In this document: piece after piece, positions 16,146-20,000 of the stretch | Position numbering within the stretch: position 1 is the first letter of the stretch | How the letters are laid out: each line of letters begins with the position of its first letter | Source: an uncultured virus (IMG/VR IMGVR_UViG_3300021371_000010) | Lineage: Duplodnaviria; Heunggongvirae; Uroviricota; Caudoviricetes | DNA: 20,000 nucleotides | Reading direction: 5' to 3' (one strand) | Virus record (IMG/VR): IMGVR_UViG_3300021371_000010 | Coordinates: 51,926-71,925 of that record | Program-made: the position numbers and the translations under genes | The notes under the pieces: model-generated | Seen by the model: only the letters and a program-made list of their open reading frames with translations | Told to the model about the DNA's origin: nothing | Databases searched by the model: none

Positions 16146-17057
16146 ATGTTACGAACACTCTTAGCATTAACATTGCTATTGTCAGGTTGTGCTTCGGTTC
16201 CTAAATGGAGTGAAGACCCTGCAGATTGTTCATATGAAACAGGTAAGTTTGATGAAGGTTGGGGCAAAGATGTTTACACAGGTGTTAGAAAGTATGCAGG
16301 TTCTAAATTTATTTGTGTAGAGAGTCCAGAAGTTGTAAAGTTACCTGCATATATTGACTTACTTAATTTACCACCTGCTGAAGAAATGCCAATAGTTTCA
16401 GTATATAATTTTAATGACAAAACAGGTCAGAGAAAATCAGTTACAAACATAGCATCTTTCTCGACAGCAGTAACACAAGGTGGTGTAGAGATGTTAATCG
16501 ATGCACTTAAGACTGCTGGTGGGGGAACATGGTTTAGAGTCGTTGAAAGAAACGGCATCGATGCATTACTAAGAGAAAGACAGATCATTAGAAGTGCAAG
16601 ACAAGATTACGCAAAAATTTCGGGGGAAGAACCCCAAGGTTTACAACCACTACTATTTGCAGGAATGCTAATTGAAGGTGGTATAATTGGTTATGATTCT
16701 AATATATTAACGGGTGGACGAGGCGCACGGACACTTGGTATTGGATATGCGAAACAATATCGACAAGATGTTGTTACAATCTCCATAAGGGCAGTTAGTG
16801 TTCTTACTGGAGAAGTTTTATTAAATGTACAAACTCGGAAAACGATTTTAAGTTATGGTTCATCGGGAGATATTTTTAGATTTATCGAACAAGGAACACA
16901 ATTAATTGAGTTTGAAGACGGTGTGGGTAATAATGAGTCAGTGACGTATGCAGTACGTGTTGCCATTGAGGCAGGTGTACTGGAATTAATCTACCAAGGC
17001 CATGAACGTGGTTATTGGAAAATAGAAGGGTATAACGAAAATGAAAAAACTAAGTAG
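16146..17057 (+). CDS. csgG: Curli secretion channel lipoprotein CsgG
   Basis: AGGAGG SD before ATG 16146; lipobox LSGC; VYNFNDKTGQRK, FSTAVTQGG, WFRVVER..LLRERQIIR, EGGIIGYDSN..TGGRGAR.LGIG..KQYRQD. Confidence 0.93.
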   Translation: MLRTLLALTLLLSGCASVPKWSEDPADCSYETGKFDEGWGKDVYTGVRKYAGSKFICVESPEVVKLPAYIDLLNLPPAEEMPIVSVYNFNDKTGQRKSVTNIASFSTAVTQGGVEMLIDALKTAGGGTWFRVVERNGIDALLRERQIIRSARQDYAKISGEEPQGLQPLLFAGMLIEGGIIGYDSNILTGGRGARTLGIGYAKQYRQDVVTISIRAVSVLTGEVLLNVQTRKTILSYGSSGDIFRFIEQGTQLIEFEDGVGNNESVTYAVRVAIEAGVLELIYQGHERGYWKIEGYNENEKTK

Positions 17058-17778
17058 TATATTATTACTGATGTCGACAACTTTTGTTTTCGCACAATCC
17101 ACTGATGATAACGAAATAAAAATCACCCAAACCGGTGATACTCTAAAACTTTATATCGACCAAATAGGATTTGGTAACAAAGTTGGAGGTTCTAATGGAA
17201 ACGACGGGTCATTGACAACAATGGCAATTACTGGTGCAACATTAGACTTCAACATCGATATGTTAGGAGACCAAAACAAATTGTTTGGACCTGTAGAAGC
17301 AGATAGTTCTAACTATCTCATAGATATTACAGGTGATCAAAACAGTATTGATTGGAACATTGGTTATACAGGTTCATCAGATGATTCGGATATTAATTTC
17401 GATATCACAGGAGATAGCAACACATTTGATTTAGATCAAGGATATGTTGCAAGTGCTGAAAGACTAGACGCCGACCTTATATTAATAGGTAGTTCGAATA
17501 TTTTTGATATTGACTGGGAATCAGACGATTTAACATGGAACTTAGATATAACTGGTGGTTCAAACAATATTAATACATTGCAAAACGATGGTGAGCAAAC
17601 ATTAGACTTCACCTTAGATGGAGATAGTGCAGACGTGGATATCAATCAGATATCTGGTTCATGTGCAACAGGTGCCCCACAGGCATGTGTTACACCGAAT
17701 GCAACTATTATTCTTGACGTAACAAGTGATAATGCAATTATTCAACTTACACAAAAAGATTCGTCTAACGATTCTTAA
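17041..17778 (+). CDS. Secreted curlin-like beta-solenoid repeat protein 1 (CsgA/CsgB-like, divergent)
   Basis: Signal peptide (VFA-Q); about 22-26-aa repeats with (D)xxG(D/S/G)xN; Asp-rich; directly after csgG. Confidence 0.7.
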   Translation: MKKLSSILLLMSTTFVFAQSTDDNEIKITQTGDTLKLYIDQIGFGNKVGGSNGNDGSLTTMAITGATLDFNIDMLGDQNKLFGPVEADSSNYLIDITGDQNSIDWNIGYTGSSDDSDINFDITGDSNTFDLDQGYVASAERLDADLILIGSSNIFDIDWESDDLTWNLDITGGSNNINTLQNDGEQTLDFTLDGDSADVDINQISGSCATGAPQACVTPNATIILDVTSDNAIIQLTQKDSSNDS

Positions 17779-18874
17779 TTTAATTTTCCTCAGCGGGTTT
17801 GCTTTTGCTGAACCCGTTGGGGAGATTTCTGAGTCTACAGGACTCGGATCAATTCTTAGAAATTCAGAAGAAGTTGGCAATCAGGTCAACACAGAAATCA
17901 TATTAAAAGACGAAGCATCGACAGGTAATGGTCGAATGAAGATCGTATTCCTTGATGAAGAGGTCCTAGATATGACTGAAAATACATATGCATATATCGA
18001 CGAAGCATATTATGATCCTAATCCAGATCTATCTCAAATGTCAATTAGAGTTGCAAGAGGTACAGCAAGATTCACATCTGGTAAAGGTAAAAAAATTAAA
18101 AAAGCAAACGTAAATGTAGGTACACCTACAGCACAGATCACAATCAAGGGAACAGATTTCACTACAACCGTAGATGAGATAGGGAGAACTCTTGTCATAT
18201 TACTCCCAGATGAAACAGGCGAACAATCATCTGGTGAGATAACAGTTTTAAATGAGGGTGGTGAAGTAACTCTCACTCAGGCATATGAAGCAACTATGGT
18301 TTCAACATGGGAAACACCACCAACTCAAAGTGTTACACTCAATGGTGTGACACCCAATATAATCGATAACATGTTTATCGTCAATCCACCTCAAGAAGTG
18401 CAAGACAGAGTGGCAGAAGAGGCACAAAATGACCTTGATCAGGATCAAGGAATATTAGATGTAGACTTCTTAGAGTTCAATGAACTAGAACAAGATGCTC
18501 TCGCAGACACTACAGAAGACCTAGAGTTTTCTGAACTTGACATAGACATGCTAGATGTAGATTTCTTAACCGACTTATTAGATGTCGTAGAAGAATTAGA
18601 GAGAACAACAGTAGTATTTGGAGATGCACAGAAAGTATCTGCAGGTGACTTTTCACTTAAGGGTGCTAATATAGGATTCAACAAAGACTCTCAGTTTAAC
18701 GTGTTCGTACAAGATGGCGACTTATACTTCTATAGAAATGTCAATGGCACAATCGAAGTTATCATTGCACAAGGGGGAAGTGGATTCTTAGACGTGGGCG
18801 TAGAAGGATATCAAGGTATTATTGAATTCGGTGATGGTAACGGAATCGAAATTGTTATAAGACAAACTAACTAA
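17732..18874 (+). CDS. Signal-peptide FecR-domain protein with acidic C-terminal region
   Basis: Signal peptide (AFA-E); STGNGRMKIVFLDEEVLDMTENT, GTARF, VGTPTAQITIKGTDF, GEITV match FecR-domain pattern; start 17726 or 17732. Confidence 0.75.
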   Translation: MQLFNLHKKIRLTILNLIFLSGFAFAEPVGEISESTGLGSILRNSEEVGNQVNTEIILKDEASTGNGRMKIVFLDEEVLDMTENTYAYIDEAYYDPNPDLSQMSIRVARGTARFTSGKGKKIKKANVNVGTPTAQITIKGTDFTTTVDEIGRTLVILLPDETGEQSSGEITVLNEGGEVTLTQAYEATMVSTWETPPTQSVTLNGVTPNIIDNMFIVNPPQEVQDRVAEEAQNDLDQDQGILDVDFLEFNELEQDALADTTEDLEFSELDIDMLDVDFLTDLLDVVEELERTTVVFGDAQKVSAGDFSLKGANIGFNKDSQFNVFVQDGDLYFYRNVNGTIEVIIAQGGSGFLDVGVEGYQGIIEFGDGNGIEIVIRQTN

Positions 18875-18877
18875 ATA
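18871..18877 (+). promoter_or_regulatory. Late promoter variant CTAAATA
   Basis: Overlaps FecR-gene stop; AGGAGG SD follows. Confidence 0.55.
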
Positions 18878-18896
18878 GTACTAGGAGGCAACTTTT

Positions 18897-19043
18897 ATGG
18901 ATAGACTTAAATCTTTCATAAAGTGGCATGAGAGACAAACTGAATTCTTTACATATGAACTAGGTTTGTCACAATATCAAACCATGTGGATAGCATGGAC
19001 AAAAGGTATATTAACAGTATTAATATTACAATGGATATTTTAA
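18897..19043 (+). CDS. Small membrane protein, 48 aa (MDRLKSFIKWHERQTEFFTYELGLSQYQTMWIAWTKGILTVLILQWIF)
   Basis: AGGAGG SD, C-terminal hydrophobic helix; not in ORF track. Confidence 0.7.
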   Translation: MDRLKSFIKWHERQTEFFTYELGLSQYQTMWIAWTKGILTVLILQWIF

Positions 19044-19744
19044 AGAAAATATTATTAACAATCATAGGGATATCAATTATCCCTATGACCTTATGGGCAG
19101 ATGATAACGAGATATCACTTACACAAAGTGGTAATAACTTTTCATTAGAAATCAAACAAGTGGGATTCAACAATAAAGTAGGTATGTTAGATTCACAATC
19201 ATATATCAACAATGCACCAGATTTAGATATACATATCGTTCAATACAACTTTACTGCTAATCAAAATCAGATTATCTTTGATGAAGTATCAGGTTCAAGT
19301 AATGAATTTAAACTAGGACAAGGTGTTGCATGGCAGAGTGATGGTTCATATACTTACGATGGGTATGAGAGTGGTGGCCACTATATGGAAATAGATTTAT
19401 ATGGTAATAATAATTCACTCAAATGGCACCAAACAAATCAAAGTGGTGCAACAGACGGACACGATTTTAATTTTCATTTAGCAGGAGATTGGAATGAGAT
19501 TAATGGAAGACAACAATCAAGTGGTGCAAAAGAAATGAATCTCACAATCTATAATGATGATAACAATGTCACACTTAGACAAAAGGGTGCAAATACAATC
19601 CATACAGCAAATGTCACACTTGATGGAACTTATGGAACAAATTTAACTCTCAAACAATTAGGAACAACTGCACAAACATATTCACTAACACAAAATTGTT
19701 ATACAGTTGGTGGTTGCACAGTATCAGTTCAACAAGGTAACTAA
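19031..19744 (+). CDS. Secreted curlin-like repeat protein 2
   Basis: Signal peptide (LWA-D); Q/N/G-rich repeats (QxGxxN, GxxN..xQ); mature N-terminus paralogous to the 17041 protein. Confidence 0.72.
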   Translation: MDILKKILLTIIGISIIPMTLWADDNEISLTQSGNNFSLEIKQVGFNNKVGMLDSQSYINNAPDLDIHIVQYNFTANQNQIIFDEVSGSSNEFKLGQGVAWQSDGSYTYDGYESGGHYMEIDLYGNNNSLKWHQTNQSGATDGHDFNFHLAGDWNEINGRQQSSGAKEMNLTIYNDDNNVTLRQKGANTIHTANVTLDGTYGTNLTLKQLGTTAQTYSLTQNCYTVGGCTVSVQQGN

Positions 19745-20000
19745 TGCCATATTCAGATAAAGTCTTAGAAAGATTCGAAGGAGTGGTCAATTCACCGAAG
19801 CAATTCTCAGTGGGTCGATTTGATCCAAAAGATAAAGATGTTGCTACAGGTATGGCAGGTGCACCAGCATGTGGTGATGTCATGAGACTACAACTCAAAC
19901 TAGATGAGAATGAACTCATCACAGATGTAAAATTTAAAACCTATGGATGTGGAAGTGCAATTGCATCTGCATCTATGTTCGTAGACTTACTCAAAGGTAA
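19744..20000 (+). CDS. iscU: Fe-S cluster scaffold IscU (3' truncated by window)
   Basis: Manual translation MPYSDKVLERF...TGMAGAPACGDVMRLQLK...DVKFKTYGCGSAIASAS; TAATG overlap with the upstream gene. Confidence 0.93.
   Translation, partial: MPYSDKVLERFEGVVNSPKQFSVGRFDPKDKDVATGMAGAPACGDVMRLQLKLDENELITDVKFKTYGCGSAIASASMFVDLLKG

Noticed and set aside
1043..19922. All minus-strand ORFs in the track (e.g. 1043-1237, 3106-3468, 13256-13630, 19650-19922)
   Set aside because: Antisense shadows of well-supported plus-strand genes, with no motifs or SD
1..20000. tRNA, tmRNA, CRISPR array, intron, intein or integrase
   Set aside because: No cloverleaf, repeat-spacer array or interrupted core gene seen by eye; core proteins have normal lengths

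Overview
A 20-kb, AT-rich, almost entirely plus-strand segment of a T4-like (myovirus) phage genome, most consistent with a marine T4-like phage of a Gram-negative host (inference from gene content). Core genes in order: uvsW (3' end), gp55 late sigma factor, gp47/gp46 recombination nuclease, gp45 clamp, gp44/gp62 clamp loader and regA. Interspersed are a peptide deformylase, a 2OG-Fe(II) oxygenase, an HExxH-peptidase/vWA protein with a CobS/MoxR AAA+ ATPase, and a DUF3310-like gene. After regA and a UUCG terminator, a TATAAATA late promoter opens a tightly coupled curli-like secretion operon: two YvrJ-like membrane proteins, csgF, csgG, two divergent curlin-like beta-solenoid proteins, a signal-peptide FecR-domain protein and a small membrane protein, running directly into iscU. 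Three promoter classes are visible: TTGACA-N18 with a conserved spacer, AAACCCWC-(-35)-N17-(-10), and late (C/A)TAAATA. Several genes appear leaderless, and a probable antisense RNA runs over a cluster of tiny membrane-peptide ORFs upstream of gp55. All family calls come from motif recognition; no database searches were run.
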